A stretch of DNA of 64,000 nucleotides from positions 38,006-102,005 of the forward strand of contig JBNKUM010000022.1 of assembly GCA_050298595.1 (NCBI GenBank), given 5' to 3'. Made by a program: the position numbers and the translations under genes. The stretch is from Gammaproteobacteria bacterium (GTDB taxonomy: Bacteria; Pseudomonadota; Gammaproteobacteria; GCA-001735895). Below are positions 62,520 through 64,000 of the stretch, one piece after another (the first letter of the stretch is position 1; each line of letters starts with the position of its first letter). The notes below the pieces were generated by a model. The model saw nothing but the letters and a program-made list of their open reading frames with translations, had not been told where the DNA came from and did not search any database.

Positions 62520-63104
62520 TTGAACACTCCATCAGGTATTACGCATCGACAGGCCCTTATCGCACCAGTCACGCAGAACAATAAATTTAAAAGTAGCCCC
62601 TTACCAAAAGCACATTCAGGATTCTAATTCCTGGTTTGTGAGACGCTCTTTATTACTTCATTAGAAAAGTTGCCTAACGCTACTAACCTGAATCCTAAAC
62701 GGCCAATCCCCTGAATTCAAGTAAGGTTATATGGATCAAAATTTATCGAGATCAAAGCTTTTTTGACAAAAACAGACGCCTTCTTCAACCTGCTCCCTTT
62801 TAAATATACTCATCAAATCCTGTAAAATGCAGGGGTTATTTTATGCTCTTCGTTTCATGCCAAATATCTATCCTAATTAAATTTTTAAAGCACATTAATC
62901 AATCAACCCGCCTTTAAATATTTGATACAGCACTACTCATCACCTGCTGGCATAAGACTCATTTTAACCTTTAAAAACGCGCTTCAACTCAACATTCAGA
63001 ACAGGGAGATCTTTGCACCAAATTCAATAATCAAATGCTTGACATTTAAATAATCAATATCTTTTTTCATAAAAACAGGTTGTACGCATAAGAATGTAAA
63101 ATAT

Positions 63105-63120
63105 TGTGAGACTTTTCGCA
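63105..63120. promoter_or_regulatory. Possible CRP-type site upstream of the esterase gene
   Basis: TGTGA-gacttt-TCGCA, one mismatch to TGTGA-N6-TCACA, in an AT-rich intergenic region. Confidence 0.3.
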
Positions 63121-63848
63121 CAAATCCACATCACACCTTTTAACGCGTATAACCTTTAACAATAGGGTGGGGTTATAATTTTTTTGAAGATGTTTCAGCC
63201 TGATCTCTATGATCAGAGATCGAAGCCAGGCTGAAGTTTGCCTGTTGATCAGGGGTTCTTAAGGCATATCAAATCGCGCTTTATCATGACAACCAGAGCA
63301 TGATAATTTTGTAATTAAAAAGCCTTAAACTCTGCGTTGTATACATCACTTTAACTCAGCCCCCTTATGAATATTTCACTGCTATCACAGAGTTATAAAT
63401 ACCATCCATTTCTGCTTTAAAGTCACCCAACAAAGCCATGCTGAGGGAATATTCTGTGACATACTTGACAGGTTTTTAAGTTTTTTTTATTGCCGCAATT
63501 GATACTGCGTGATAATCCATCAAACGGGCTTTTGTGGCTGACCTTTCAATTGCCACTCCTAGTTAGGACCTAGATACGGTCTTTTGTTACACTTGACACA
63601 CCACTCCCCAAAAAAAGCATGCGATAAGAAAAGCTCAGACCTTTACGAGTCGAAAGTTTACCTGGGCCGTCACCATACACTTCCTGCTGCTGACGCGCGA
63701 CATTCACTATCGCCTATGAACCTGGATTCCGAAGTTGGGCGAGTTAAAGCGTGCTTTTCAAGTGGTGTATATTAAGGCGTGACGAGGTGGTGTAGATCAA
63801 TGCGTGACGATGCACAATAGCGAGTCGAGCATTCCCGGAAGTTACAAA

Positions 63849-63942
63849 GCTTCCGCGTCCCTGCTCACGCCCCTTACCTATGTCCCTATAGGCAAGGCTT
63901 CCGCGTCCTGCTCACGCCCCTTACCTATGTCCCTATAGGCAA
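63849..63942. repeat. Tandem ~47-bp direct repeat with an internal palindrome (REP/MITE-like)
   Basis: GCTTCCGCGTCC(C)TGCTCACGCCCCTTACCTATGTCCCTATAGGCAA at 63849-63895 and 63897-63942. Confidence 0.85.
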
Positions 63943-64000
63943 TGCAGAGATACGCCGTCCAATCGTGCAATTCTGCTCGTAGTGGGATTCACCTGTTGGG

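Noticed and set aside
63849-63942. CRISPR repeats
   Set aside because: Only two copies 1 nt apart, no spacer, no cas genes in the window
1-64000. Many 60-170 aa ORFs nested in or antisense to the identified genes; tRNA or rRNA genes
   Set aside because: The nested ORFs are shadow frames without motifs; I recognised no tRNA cloverleaf or rRNA sequence by eye, though a covariance-model scan is needed to exclude small RNAs

Overview
Chromosomal segment of a moderately AT-rich gammaproteobacterium, most likely spanning the replication terminus: there is a dif-like XerC/XerD site at 26270-26297, with KOPS motifs pointing towards it from both sides. Most of the window is housekeeping or metabolic DNA: frmA-fghA-formate dehydrogenase C1 oxidation genes next to a divergent TetR, fadIJ, trhP-tatD-pilZ-holB-tmk-mltG-pab-fabF-acpP-fabG-fabD, infA, clpAS, cspD, icd, ppsR-ppsA, nudJ-mnmA-hflD, and several c-di-GMP and hemerythrin genes. 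The best candidate for an undescribed system is a two-gene cassette at 23324-25026. It encodes an 80-aa cytoplasmic protein with a single internal CxxCHSG motif, coupled to a DUF692/MNIO oxygenase with a fused C-terminal partner-like domain. This putative RiPP-like system lies in a dif-adjacent island with IS91/ISCR and tyrosine-recombinase debris. Other points: pabB is internally deleted and pabC frameshifted; many eroded gene remnants fill the intergenic gaps; a cytochrome c peroxidase is coupled to a DAHL-PAS-GGDEF-EAL-CZB sensor; and a modular lipoprotein esterase carrying a plant-type SUEL lectin lies beside an ISNCY remnant. All family calls come from motif recognition by eye; no database searches were run.
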